NCBI GenBank assembly: GCA_029210565.1
Contig: JARGFQ010000016.1
Coordinates: forward strand, 2,313 to 66,312
Length of the DNA: 64,000 nt
Source: Bacteroidales bacterium
GTDB lineage: Bacteria > Bacteroidota > Bacteroidia > Bacteroidales > VadinHA17
Reading direction: 5' to 3'
This document shows positions 1 to 10,209 of this stretch, piece after piece. Within the stretch, counting starts at the first letter, position 1; each line of letters starts with the position of its first letter. Under the pieces are notes generated by a model, which worked only from the letters and a program-made list of their open reading frames with translations, was not told the origin of the DNA and did no database searches. The position numbers and the translations under genes were made by a program.

Positions 1-2533
1 CAAGCAGATTCACATCAACCGTGATGCTCTTTTTCTCGCCCGGCAGCAGAACAATATAATTGTCGTCGAAAAAGACAGGTGTCACCATCTTTCCGTCAAT
101 AGCCCTGATAACCTTCATCCTTACGAAGAAGGCTGCCACATCGCCGCTGTTTGCTATGTCAATGGTAAACTTACCCTGGTTACTCTTCATCATCTGACCT
201 ACAACCTTTGCCTTGCCAAGAGCCATCAGCTCCTTCTGGTCGCCTTCGCGGGGAAGCCAGTAGGTATTCTCATCTACGGTCAGGCCGGTGGAGACATAAG
301 TTATGCGGAGCCGCAGAAAATAAACCTTAGCCGGCTTGCCCCCGAGATCCACATCCCACACCTTTATGTGGCTGTTGGGAGGAAGAGTGGTTTCCTGAGA
401 TGCTTTCCATATTTCACGGCCGTTTTCATCAGTCAGCAGGGCATCAAGTCTCATGCCCTTGCGCTCCCTGGGCGTGGCATTGACGACATAGACGGCCGAG
501 TCTGCCGGATTGAACTGCAGATGTACCGGCGCTGCCCCGTGCCTGAAACCGTAGAAGCCTGCATTCTGATCAAGGTACCAGTCGTACATCTGCCCCTTGA
601 GTGCCGGCCAGGGATTCTGGCTCTTCCATAGCAGAAAGCCGGTGTACCAGTCCCACATGTGCGAGGTATATCCTTCAACCATCGAACGGTACTGTTCATA
701 GTTGACCAGCTGTGCCTTCTTCACGAAGTCCTTCAGGTCACTCACCTCCCCCATTCTATCAATCATGTCTCCATAGCCCATGTATTTATGATAGCGCCAT
801 ACCTCATTCACTTCCCTGCCTGAGGGCACAATCAGGTCGCTCTCATTCATCATCTTCTCCAGTGACTCCATATTTGGCAGACCTACTGAACCCATTTCAG
901 GATTGAACGGATGCCACTTTTCCGTGAAGAACCAGAGGGGCTCCCTGATATTGTAGGGGCCGTCACCAGTGCCTCCGATGGTGTTCCTGAGGATATCTGA
1001 AGAGGTTGACTCATCGAAGTAGAGCCTGGTGCCGTCAAGGGCGTCAAGTGTCTTTCTTATCCTGGCGTCCAGCTCCGGCGGCGGCGGGAACTCGTTGCCG
1101 CCGCAGTACATGTAGAGCGAAGGGTGATTACGAAGCATCTTCACCTGATCGGCCACCGAATTGATGAACAGAGAATGGTTGTCAGGATATTCACGGCGGC
1201 GTGCCTGTGTCTCGGCCTTTCTGAGGGTATCAGGCCACCTGCCGTTGCAGTCGCCGGTGATCCACAGATCCTGCCATACCAGTATGCCATACTTGTCGCA
1301 AGCCTCATAAAACTCCGGTCTCTCCATGATGGAGCCGCCCCACACCCTGATCATGTTCATGTTCATCTCGGCATGCATCTTCACCTCTGCATCGTATCTC
1401 GTACGGCTCAGACGCAGCATACCGTCGGAGACTATCCAGTTGGCCCCGCGGATAAATATCTTCTGACCGTTAATAGTAAAGACACGTGAGCCCGTCTTCT
1501 CATCGAACCAGCTGCCTGTCTCGCGGAAGCCGAACATCATATCCTCCCTGTCCAGCGTTGCCCCTTCCTTATCGTGAAATGTTATTACCGCCGGATAGAG
1601 TGACGGCTGACCCATTCCATTTGGCCACCAGATCCTGGGGTCAGTCTGTTTCATCTCCGAAAAGACAACTGTGGCCGTTGTCCCCGGCTCTATCTTTATC
1701 TTTTTCTTTTCAATGGAACCCATGTAGGCTAAGGCAGCCTCCCCCTCAACCAGCCTATCAGTGACGTTCTCAAACTCAGCAGAGAATGTAACGAAGGTCG
1801 GGTCCTGCAACTCGCCGGGAAGACGAGCGCCGGGCACACGTGTCCTGGCAAAACCGTTCCGTATATCCACATCACCGGTCACCTCAATGGAAACCTCATC
1901 CCAGATACCGGTGTTGCGGTCCCTGACAGGCTGTATCCAGTCCCACCCTGCTGTGAACTGCATGGTCACATCACGCCCTATCATACCGTCACCCCCCTGG
2001 CCGCCGTTGGGGTTGCCCGGATGGAGGGGCGGCTCCACCCTCACCGCAAGACGGTTGTAATCCTTCCTGTCGAGCAGTGAGGTGACATTATACTTCTGGC
2101 GCAGAAACATACCTTCGTGGGTGTCATCGCTTATCCGTTTCCCGTTGAAATAGATCTCCGCCCTGTAATTGATGCCCCTGAAGTTTATCCAGACCTGTTT
2201 CGTAGAATCGAGAGTCTCGGCTGAGAAACGTGTAAAGAACCAGTAAGTATAGTAATCACGTCCCTCGTTGTATACATCCGGTATCTCCTCGTTGTTTATG
2301 CCAAACCACGGCTCAGGCATGCGACCGTTGTTCACCAGGGTTGTCAGCACCGTCCCGGGAACGGTGGCGCTGATCCATCCGGATAGGTCAGGATCAGACT
2401 TTGTCAGATGGCATCCGTCAACATTTACTTCCGAGGCCTTCTTCGCCCTCCATCCTGCCGTGAGTGGCGTTACCTGGGCTGAAACAACCAGCGAGACAAT
2501 CAATAATAAGCTTGCAGTAAGTATCCGTTTCAT
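1..2533 (-). CDS. Glycoside hydrolase family 2 (beta-mannosidase / exo-beta-glucosaminidase-like), secreted; C-terminus lies outside the window
   Basis: Absent from the ORF track because it runs off the window edge. My reverse-strand translation from the ATG (rc of 2531-2533) gives MKRILTASLLLIVSLVVSAQVTPLTAGWR... and stays open to position 1. It contains the GH2-like motif NHPSLYMYCGGNEF (acid/base Glu region) and WQDLWITGDCNGRWPD. Confidence 0.75.
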   Translation of the reverse strand, partial: MKRILTASLLLIVSLVVSAQVTPLTAGWRAKKASEVNVDGCHLTKSDPDLSGWISATVPGTVLTTLVNNGRMPEPWFGINNEEIPDVYNEGRDYYTYWFFTRFSAETLDSTKQVWINFRGINYRAEIYFNGKRISDDTHEGMFLRQKYNVTSLLDRKDYNRLAVRVEPPLHPGNPNGGQGGDGMIGRDVTMQFTAGWDWIQPVRDRNTGIWDEVSIEVTGDVDIRNGFARTRVPGARLPGELQDPTFVTFSAEFENVTDRLVEGEAALAYMGSIEKKKIKIEPGTTATVVFSEMKQTDPRIWWPNGMGQPSLYPAVITFHDKEGATLDREDMMFGFRETGSWFDEKTGSRVFTINGQKIFIRGANWIVSDGMLRLSRTRYDAEVKMHAEMNMNMIRVWGGSIMERPEFYEACDKYGILVWQDLWITGDCNGRWPDTLRKAETQARRREYPDNHSLFINSVADQVKMLRNHPSLYMYCGGNEFPPPPELDARIRKTLDALDGTRLYFDESTSSDILRNTIGGTGDGPYNIREPLWFFTEKWHPFNPEMGSVGLPNMESLEKMMNESDLIVPSGREVNEVWRYHKYMGYGDMIDRMGEVSDLKDFVKKAQLVNYEQYRSMVEGYTSHMWDWYTGFLLWKSQNPWPALKGQMYDWYLDQNAGFYGFRHGAAPVHLQFNPADSAVYVVNATPRERKGMRLDALLTDENGREIWKASQETTLPPNSHIKVWDVDLGGKPAKVYFLRLRITYVSTGLTVDENTYWLPREGDQKELMALGKAKVVGQMMKSNQGKFTIDIANSGDVAAFFVRMKVIRAIDGKMVTPVFFDDNYIVLLPGEKKSITVDVNLL

Positions 2534-2625
2534 TCGATTATTTATTATTGTTTCATTGGTCGAATGGAACTTACATGTAGTACAATAACCATTTTCTCTT
2601 GCGGGTTACTGCTCATATAAGTTTC
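2531..2625 (-). repeat. Copy A of the ~95-nt structured leader element (hairpin + CCATTCGACCAAT + AT-rich spacer + CGAATG start)
   Basis: The reverse complement reads GAAACTTATATGAGCAG-N28-CTACATGTAAGTTCCATTCGACCAATGAAACAATAATAAATAATCGAATG. It ends on the GH2 start codon. Confidence 0.8.
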
Positions 2626-2869
2626 ATCCGTGTATAATTTGTTTTTAAAGGTAGGAGGGAACATCCATGAAATAATTATCTGCCTGTTTGTCAAACGGAA
2701 TTATCATTAATGTTTCATATGTGTCTCCTGTTGTAAACAAGAGTGGCAAGATATTAAAATTATCAGTACATGAGGGCCTACGCCCGATTGAAATGAATCA
2801 TGAACGTCCTCTGCCCGGGTGAAAAAAATTAACGGCAGACACTTTGATTTTAGCTGAAGAATTTAAACA

Positions 2870-5800
2870 TTGCAGATTCTATTATTTCTGTCCATGCACC
2901 AGCCCGGCCACCGGGAGCGAGAGAGGCTCTTTGCACTGATACTTACCCAGCACCGACGCTGGGGAACGGTTCTCGTACCTTATATACTTGAGAAACAGCA
3001 CGGTCGCGATTACTACCTGCTTGCCGAGGCCCTTGCACCTTTCCCTGACGGAACCACTCTCTCTGAACTTGACAATGAGGAAAGGGAGATTGTCAGGCTG
3101 GTTAATGAATACTCTGACAGGCATCTTTACAGGCTATTCTCAAAGCACAAGAACGTAAAGGAGTTTCTCGGGCTGGTCACCGACAGGGAATTTGGCAGGC
3201 TTATCAAGCCCTACATCGAGAGCCGTATCCATCATTGCCTTCATATAGCGCTCAATGAAGAGATCCCCGTGTACATCCAGAAGCTTACCACTCTTCATCC
3301 TGAAGACAGGCTTACCATTGCCCCTGAGGAAGCGAAGCCGGTCTTCAGGTTTGACCGCAACAGCGAGGGCAGCAGTTACTCCCTGACGGTTGAATACAAC
3401 GGGATCCAGATTGACCTGCGAAAACCTTTCACTGAGATACTCTCAAACAAGCCCTGCGTGATAAGATCAGACCGTACCCTCTTGTTTGTCTCTGAGATTG
3501 AGGGCACTAAACTGAGACCCTTTCTTGAGAGGGACAAGATCAGCATACCGGGGAAAGCAGAAGAGAAATATTTCAGCACTTTTGTGCTTTCTGTCATCAA
3601 CAGCCACAAGGTCACCGGCAGCGGATTCACTCTTGAAGAGAAAACACCCGCGAAGCAGGCTTTCATCACCCTTGAGAGAACCGTCATCGGCTATCCTGCC
3701 CTCCTCCTTACATTCCGGTATGATGACCGGACCATTTTCTCTTCTGATGAGCTGACACATTTCACCACCTTCAGCAATGAGCAGGGGAGGTTTATCTTCA
3801 CAAGAAAGGATCGCGACCTTGCCTGGGAGAAGAGGTGTGTCGGGGCACTGAATGAGTCGGGTTTTTTCACTGAGGACGGCATTATGTTCATGACCCCCGG
3901 TGCCACAAAGGAGAACGACGGCTCCCTTTACGACCTGATTGAGGCGATAGCCTTCAACCGGCAGAGACTGGAAGAGGCAGGAATGAAGGTCCGCACCGGG
4001 AGTCTCGAACATAATTATTCCCTCGAGCCTGTCACCTTAAATCTGAGCCATGAGCTGATAAACGACTGGTTTGATCTGAAGGCTGTAGTGCAGATTGGTT
4101 CCTTCACCATCCCGTTCACCAGGCTGCGGCGCAATATTCTTGACGGGGTACGTGAGTACACATTGCCTGACGGCACCGTAGCCATCCTTCCGGAAGAGTG
4201 GTTCACCCGCTACAGGGGCCTCTTTGAGATGGGTCGCGACCGTGAGGAGAGCATCATGCTCCACAAACAGCATTTTGCCCTGGTAAGCGACATTGTATCC
4301 GGTGACGACGGTGATACCTGTAACCGCCTGGACAAACTCTCCTTTCCCGACCAGATCCCGCTATTGATTTCACCGGCAGCAATCACCACCGAGTTGCGGC
4401 CCTACCAGGCCGAGGGGCTTAGCTGGCTCCATTACCTGCAGACCCAAAACCTCGGAGGCTGCCTGGCCGACGACATGGGGCTGGGCAAGACACTGCAGGC
4501 ACTGGCACTGCTGGCCTGGAACAAAGAGAACCGACGTCATCCTTCCCCGGAAGAGGCCCCGGCACAGATAAATCCGGATAGCCACGCCAGAGGTGAGAGC
4601 CCCGCACAGATAAAAGAGGATAGCCAGTGCAGTGGCACGATGCCGGTTCAGATGAACCTGTTCAGCAGCAGCAACCATGCAGACACCTCACTGGTAATCG
4701 TTCCGGCATCGCTATGTCACAACTGGTACAATGAGATAAAGAAGTTTTGCCCGTCACTGACGGCACTGATTCACCACGGCCCCGGAAGACAGAAATCAGC
4801 AGCGCACTTTTACCGTTATGACTTAATTATCTCAAGCTATCACACGGTACGCCAGGACATTGAAATTCTGTCCGGTATAAACTTCTTCTACGTAATCCTT
4901 GACGAGAGCCAGCATATTAAAAACCCCACCTCCAATATATACAGGTCCGTCATGCGTCTCCGGTCAAGCCACAGGCTTGTTCTAAGCGGAACACCCGTTG
5001 AGAACTCGCTGACTGACCTCTGGACACAGCTCAGCTTTGTCAATCCCGGCCTGCTCGGCTCACTAACCTTCTTCAGAAGAGAGTTTGCCAGACCCATCGA
5101 AAAGAATTTTGAAGAGGAGAAGGAGAACAGACTCAGGAAGATCATCCAGCCATTCATCATGCGACGCACCAAGGAGATGGTCGTTACCGAACTGCCGCCC
5201 GTGACCGAGCAGGTGATCCACTGTGACATGTCAGATGAGCAGGCTGCCATCTATGAGAGAGAGAAATCTGCCGTACGTAACAGCATACTGGAGAACATAG
5301 AATCCGTGGGCATGGAAAAATCTGCCATCATGGTGCTCCAGGGACTGATGCGACTCAGGCAGATAGCCAACCATCCGATCCTGACCGATGATTCATACAG
5401 CGGGGGATCAGGCAAGTATGACACGGTAATACATAATATTGAGAGTGTAGTCGCAGAGGGACATAAGATACTTGTCTTCTCATCGTTTGTCAAGCACCTC
5501 GAGCTTTTCCCGGACTGGCTCACCGCCAACGGTATTGGGTTTGCAATGCTGACGGGATCAACACGCAACCGGGAGGGTGTCATCGAAAGTTTCAGGAGGG
5601 ATAAGAGCATCAGGGTCTTTCTGATTTCCCTCAAGGCCGGTGGTGTGGGTCTCAACCTGACAGAGGCCGATTATGTTTTCATCCTGGACCCCTGGTGGAA
5701 CCCTGCGTCAGAGATACAGGCTCTAAGCAGGGCCCACAGAATAGGCCAGGAGAAAAGGGTATTCGTATCAAGATATATATCGGAAGAGACGATAGAGGAA

Positions 5801-5911
5801 AAGATACTCAGACTGCAGGATAGAAAATCGAAGCTGGCCGGAACCTTTGCCGGCATGCACAATCCGTTTGAAGAGCTCGATGTGAAGGAGATGATTGAGA
5901 TAATGAGCTGA
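2870..5911 (+). CDS. SNF2-family DEAD/DEAH-box helicase with a large (~500 aa) N-terminal domain
   Basis: 1013-aa ORF. Helicase motifs: LADDMGLGKT (I), ILDESQHIKN (II), LSGTPVENSL (III), QALSRAHRIGQ (VI). The start is uncertain: TTG at 2870 or ATG at 2894. Confidence 0.9.
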   Translation: MQILLFLSMHQPGHRERERLFALILTQHRRWGTVLVPYILEKQHGRDYYLLAEALAPFPDGTTLSELDNEEREIVRLVNEYSDRHLYRLFSKHKNVKEFLGLVTDREFGRLIKPYIESRIHHCLHIALNEEIPVYIQKLTTLHPEDRLTIAPEEAKPVFRFDRNSEGSSYSLTVEYNGIQIDLRKPFTEILSNKPCVIRSDRTLLFVSEIEGTKLRPFLERDKISIPGKAEEKYFSTFVLSVINSHKVTGSGFTLEEKTPAKQAFITLERTVIGYPALLLTFRYDDRTIFSSDELTHFTTFSNEQGRFIFTRKDRDLAWEKRCVGALNESGFFTEDGIMFMTPGATKENDGSLYDLIEAIAFNRQRLEEAGMKVRTGSLEHNYSLEPVTLNLSHELINDWFDLKAVVQIGSFTIPFTRLRRNILDGVREYTLPDGTVAILPEEWFTRYRGLFEMGRDREESIMLHKQHFALVSDIVSGDDGDTCNRLDKLSFPDQIPLLISPAAITTELRPYQAEGLSWLHYLQTQNLGGCLADDMGLGKTLQALALLAWNKENRRHPSPEEAPAQINPDSHARGESPAQIKEDSQCSGTMPVQMNLFSSSNHADTSLVIVPASLCHNWYNEIKKFCPSLTALIHHGPGRQKSAAHFYRYDLIISSYHTVRQDIEILSGINFFYVILDESQHIKNPTSNIYRSVMRLRSSHRLVLSGTPVENSLTDLWTQLSFVNPGLLGSLTFFRREFARPIEKNFEEEKENRLRKIIQPFIMRRTKEMVVTELPPVTEQVIHCDMSDEQAAIYEREKSAVRNSILENIESVGMEKSAIMVLQGLMRLRQIANHPILTDDSYSGGSGKYDTVIHNIESVVAEGHKILVFSSFVKHLELFPDWLTANGIGFAMLTGSTRNREGVIESFRRDKSIRVFLISLKAGGVGLNLTEADYVFILDPWWNPASEIQALSRAHRIGQEKRVFVSRYISEETIEEKILRLQDRKSKLAGTFAGMHNPFEELDVKEMIEIMS

Positions 5912-5965
5912 TTTTTTATTAGTTTTATCCCACCTTTTTTTAATCCAATTACAGGAAACGCTGCA

Positions 5966-6862
5966 ATGAAAAACTATCAGAACCATCCGCTGGCCGGGGC
6001 CGTCGACCTCGACAGTGCATTCAACAAAATGTGGTCTTTTTACAAGAAATACTTCATAGGTATGTACATCATCTCTGTGGCCGGCTCACTGTTATCGCTG
6101 ATTTTCATGGCAGACATTGATATGGCTTCCCTTCAGGAGGTCTCCGCCGATCCACAGCTGGTTCTGGAGAAGATGAAGTCGATGGCCGGACCCTATGCCC
6201 TCACGATGCTTGTGACCATGCTCCTGATGGTGGTTCTCCACACCTGGGTTCTCGACAGGCCTGCGGATGAGCCGGGATTCGCCTCAACGTTGCTGAAGAA
6301 GATGATCGTGACGCTACTGCCTTATCTTGTTGCCATCATCATATTAATGGTTCTGACGGCTATCCTGACATCAATTGGCATTGTTCTGCTTGTGCTGCCC
6401 GGGTTGTTTGCCCTGGCATACATGGCCACGGTGATGATATTTGCCATGCCGGTCACCCTTCTTGAGACCCATAATCCCATTGAGATTATTACACGCTCCT
6501 TCAGGCTGATGCACAGGAACCTGTGGCCCAATATGGGGTGGCTTGTTATTCTGGCTCTGATAATGGTTGTTACGGCAATGTTGCTCAGCACAGTGACAAT
6601 GCTTCCGTTCACCGGATCCTTCATTCGTTCCATCTCCAACCCCGGGGAGGCAACGGCGATGCTCGAGATGAGCAGAAATCCACTCTATATCGGATTGAGC
6701 GCCCTTACCGGAGCCCTGGTGAGGCCCCTGATGCCCATACTGGCCTTCATCCTCTATTTCAGGAACCGGGGTGAAGAGACGACCGAAACGGAGATAACAA
6801 CTGACACTGATCCGGCGGTGAGGGTGGAAGATCTTTACCCACGTATGCCTGAGAATGAATGA
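5966..6862 (+). CDS. Hypothetical polytopic membrane protein
   Basis: 298-aa ORF with about 6 long hydrophobic segments and an acidic C-terminal tail. I recognise no family. Confidence 0.5.
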   Translation: MKNYQNHPLAGAVDLDSAFNKMWSFYKKYFIGMYIISVAGSLLSLIFMADIDMASLQEVSADPQLVLEKMKSMAGPYALTMLVTMLLMVVLHTWVLDRPADEPGFASTLLKKMIVTLLPYLVAIIILMVLTAILTSIGIVLLVLPGLFALAYMATVMIFAMPVTLLETHNPIEIITRSFRLMHRNLWPNMGWLVILALIMVVTAMLLSTVTMLPFTGSFIRSISNPGEATAMLEMSRNPLYIGLSALTGALVRPLMPILAFILYFRNRGEETTETEITTDTDPAVRVEDLYPRMPENE

Positions 6863-6955
6863 TCAAAGATCTGTTTAATCTCATGCACAAAATTGATCGC
6901 CACAGACGGCTGGGATCTGCGTAACGATTGACCGGACAGCTGTCTGAAAACATTC

Positions 6956-8698
6956 TCAGCCTTTGTCGCTGAACCTGCGCGACATCTTTTTGGAGATCTT
7001 AACGTCAGGATACTGTGCCGAGAAGGACTCCCAGTATTCCTTCACATTCTGTTTTACCTCTTTTCTGAGGACGAGTATTCCGATCAGGTTGGGCACGGCC
7101 ATCAGCACTATGGCTATGTAGGAGAGTGACCATATGATTGTTGTATCGGTAAAGGAGGCTATGAAAAACCCTGCTACAAATATGACACGGTAATAGATGA
7201 CATATTTGCTGCCGAAAAGGTATGTAGTCGCCCTGTCACCGTAGTATGACCATGAGATGGCAGTTGAGAAGGCGAAGAGCAACAGTGAGAAGGTCACGAT
7301 ATAGGATCCGAAGCCCTTCAGTATGCTTTGGCTGAAGGCAAACGTAGTCAGCGGGGCGCTGTGGATAAGTGATTCTCCCCTCACTGTCAGAGAGGCCATG
7401 GCGGGAAGCTTGCCTGCAATAACCTCAAGCTCACCGGAGTAAGGATCCTTGCCTGAGAGAAACTCTATATTCTCTGCCAGGGACCTGGCATGTATGACAG
7501 AGACACCAGATGTCATAAGTCTACCATTCTCTATCACCAGAGTGCCGTCATAGAGGTCAAGGAACTGATCACCCCTGAGATGTTCGCCCAGCTTCGCAAT
7601 GTCATCGCTATTACTCTCATCATAGATGCCGGTAAGGATCTGCATGTCGGTAGTCTGAAACTGGTTCTCCGTCTTTGTGTTCCAGGCCCCTGATGCCAGC
7701 ACCACCAACCCGGTGAGGGTGCAGATGCAGATAGTGTCAATGAACGGCTCAAGCAGTGCCACCATCCCCTCAGAGACAGGCTCAGGGGCACGTGCCGCCG
7801 AGTGTGCTATCGGCGCCGATCCCTGTCCTGATTCATTGGAGAAGAGACCCCTGTTCACCCCCCTGTTCATGGCAAAGGCAAAGCTGGCCCCCAGGAACCC
7901 TCCAGCAGCTGCCGATCCGGTAAAGGCGTCGGCAAAGATTGAGAAAAATGACGGTATGATGTTTCCAGGATGGGAGAAGATCACCAGCAGAGCGCCGGCG
8001 ACATAGAGCATAGCCATGAAGGGTACAAGTATGGAGGTCACTCTGGCGATCCTCTTGATGCCTCCGATGATTACCAGGGCCAGAAAGAAGGCCAGCACCG
8101 CCCCGGTGATAATATGCTTGATGCCAAAGGAGGTAAATACCGAATTGGATATGCTGTTTATCTGCGGCAGGCTTCCCGTCCCAAAAGAGCTGAGGATGGT
8201 AGCCCCGGCAAAAAAGGCTCCCATGACGGCACCTATTTTTATAACCTTTCCACCGCGTGTCTTGAAGTTGAGTCGCTTTTTCATGTAGTACATGGGACCC
8301 CCCGAGACCGTTCCGTCGGGCAGGATATCCCTGTACTTGTGGGAGATCGACACCTCTACCATCTTGGTGCACATCCCGATGGCTGCAGTGACAAGCATCC
8401 AGAAGAGAGCTGCAGGGCCTCCAAGGTGCAGGGCAAGCGCCACCCCGGCAATGTTACCTGTACCTACGGTGCCTGACAGCGCTGTAGAGAGTGACTGGAA
8501 ATGAGAGGTGTCACCAATGTCGCGAGAGTGATCATAGGTGCCTTTGGTTATCCTGATGGCATGACGGAAATATCTTACCTGGGGAAACCCAAGATAAATG
8601 GTAAAAAAGAGGCCTGTACCTATTAGCAAGATCATGAACCACCAATGCCCTCCGAGGTACCCGTCAAGCTTTACAAGAAAATCATTTAAGCCGTGCAT
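6956..8698 (-). CDS. Alanine/glycine:cation symporter (AGCS) family transporter with a ~100-aa inserted soluble segment
   Basis: 580 aa. AGCS hallmarks: ALSGTVGTGNIAGVA, GGPAALFWMLVTAAIGM, FSNESGQGSAPIAHSAA. Confidence 0.9.
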   Translation of the reverse strand: MHGLNDFLVKLDGYLGGHWWFMILLIGTGLFFTIYLGFPQVRYFRHAIRITKGTYDHSRDIGDTSHFQSLSTALSGTVGTGNIAGVALALHLGGPAALFWMLVTAAIGMCTKMVEVSISHKYRDILPDGTVSGGPMYYMKKRLNFKTRGGKVIKIGAVMGAFFAGATILSSFGTGSLPQINSISNSVFTSFGIKHIITGAVLAFFLALVIIGGIKRIARVTSILVPFMAMLYVAGALLVIFSHPGNIIPSFFSIFADAFTGSAAAGGFLGASFAFAMNRGVNRGLFSNESGQGSAPIAHSAARAPEPVSEGMVALLEPFIDTICICTLTGLVVLASGAWNTKTENQFQTTDMQILTGIYDESNSDDIAKLGEHLRGDQFLDLYDGTLVIENGRLMTSGVSVIHARSLAENIEFLSGKDPYSGELEVIAGKLPAMASLTVRGESLIHSAPLTTFAFSQSILKGFGSYIVTFSLLLFAFSTAISWSYYGDRATTYLFGSKYVIYYRVIFVAGFFIASFTDTTIIWSLSYIAIVLMAVPNLIGILVLRKEVKQNVKEYWESFSAQYPDVKISKKMSRRFSDKG

Positions 8699-8715
8699 TA
8701 TAAAATAATTAGCGG

Positions 8716-10086
8716 TTAGAATTTAAGTAATCCGAGTCCGTTGAGAAACACCAGGGCAATGGCCACAGGGGCAATGAACCTGATAACAAAGCGGTAGAGG
8801 GAATAGTATCTCACCGGCAGGGTGCCGCCGTTGGATAGCTCATCCCTGACAGAGTGGCCAGGGAAGAACCAGCCAAGAAATGCTACGATAAGCAGACCTC
8901 CTAGAGGCAACAGTATGTTAGCCGTGGTAAAGTTAAAGAGATCGAAGATGTTCAGGTTAAAGAGTTTGACATCCCTCATCACTCCCCACGACAGCGATGT
9001 CGATATCCCAAGTATGAACATAGATGCCGTTGCAATGATTATGGCAGTGCGCCTGCTCATATTAAGCTGTTCCGAGAAATATGCCACGATCACCTCCATT
9101 ACGGAGATGGTAGAGGTCAGTGCCGCAATGGCCAGCAGGAAGAAGAATGCAAAGGCGAAGATCATTCCTCCGCTCACCTGCTGGAAGATGCCTGGCAGGA
9201 CTATAAATGTGAGCGCCTCACCTGACGCCGGAGATATTCCGAATGCGAATACAGCCGGGAATATTGCCAGTCCGGCGAGGACGGCAATGAAGAGGTCAAC
9301 CATGGAGACCTGGACTGCAGTGCTTGCCAGTTTGTTGTCCGCAGGGATATAGGAACCATATGTAATCAGGGTCCCCATGCCAATGCTGAGTGAGAAGAAG
9401 GCCTGACCCAGTGCCATCAGAACGGTTGTACCGGTAATCTTTGAAAAGTCAGGCCGGAAGAGGAACTCCACGCCCTTGCCTGCACCGGGGAGTGTCAGTG
9501 ACTTGACACACATCAGCACCAGCAGAATTAACAGCACGGGCATCAGCACCTTGGTCGACTTCTCGATGCCTTTCCTGACACCTCCCAGCACAATGCCGGC
9601 TGTAGCCAGCAGGAAGATTGAGAACCACAATGCCGGCCGGAGAGATTCGCTCCTGAAGGCGTCAAACATAACCGTTAGTTCGGCTGACGACTTGCCCTGG
9701 ATACCTCCTGCAAGGATCTGGTATATATATTCCAGTGTCCATCCGGCCACGGCAGTATAGAATGCCAGGATCATAAAGGCTGCCACTATTCCCATCATCC
9801 CTACCAGGAACCAGGGCCGGCGCGATGAGAGCATGCGGAAGGCCCCGACAGGATTACGCTGGGTTCTCCTGCCGATCACCAGCTCCGACATCATCACGGG
9901 AATGCCGATGGCAAAGATTATCACAAGGTATATAATCAGAAAGGCACCGCCACCGTTCTCCCCAAGGACATAGGGGAACCTCCAGATGTTGCCCAGCCCG
10001 ACGGCTGAGCCGGCTGCCGCCATGATCACTCCCAACCTGCTGCCAAAGGAATCCCTTTTGGAAAAGTCAAATCCGCTCATCTTCAA
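8716..10086 (-). CDS. Sodium-dependent transporter, neurotransmitter:sodium symporter (NSS/SNF) family
   Basis: 456 aa. N-terminal GSAVGLGNIWRFPY hallmark, about 11-12 TM segments. It lies 17 nt upstream of the AGCS gene, so an operon is likely. Confidence 0.9.
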   Translation of the reverse strand: MKMSGFDFSKRDSFGSRLGVIMAAAGSAVGLGNIWRFPYVLGENGGGAFLIIYLVIIFAIGIPVMMSELVIGRRTQRNPVGAFRMLSSRRPWFLVGMMGIVAAFMILAFYTAVAGWTLEYIYQILAGGIQGKSSAELTVMFDAFRSESLRPALWFSIFLLATAGIVLGGVRKGIEKSTKVLMPVLLILLVLMCVKSLTLPGAGKGVEFLFRPDFSKITGTTVLMALGQAFFSLSIGMGTLITYGSYIPADNKLASTAVQVSMVDLFIAVLAGLAIFPAVFAFGISPASGEALTFIVLPGIFQQVSGGMIFAFAFFFLLAIAALTSTISVMEVIVAYFSEQLNMSRRTAIIIATASMFILGISTSLSWGVMRDVKLFNLNIFDLFNFTTANILLPLGGLLIVAFLGWFFPGHSVRDELSNGGTLPVRYYSLYRFVIRFIAPVAIALVFLNGLGLLKF

Positions 10087-10127
10087 CCCATATTAATGTG
10101 CGACGCTTTTTAAAAGCCTAAAGGTGG

Positions 10128-10160
10128 TAAAAATCTTAAAAGCAGCAACACGTTGCTGTT
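10128..10160 (-). terminator. Candidate intrinsic terminator downstream of hydA
   Basis: On the minus strand: CAGCAAC-GT-GTTGCTG followed by CTTTTAAGATTTTT. Confidence 0.4.
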
Positions 10161-10209
10161 AAAAAACAGCAATTCAATAACCCTCGCTGCCATGCCGGGC
10201 ACACAACAG

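Noticed and set aside
2870-6862. SNF2 helicase as part of a phage-defence system (DISARM, Zorya or BREX-like)
   Set aside because: No partner genes (methyltransferase, PLD/nuclease, DUF1998, ZorAB-like, etc.) are adjacent. The neighbours are a glycosidase, an unremarkable membrane protein and transporters. A lone SNF2 helicase is insufficient evidence.
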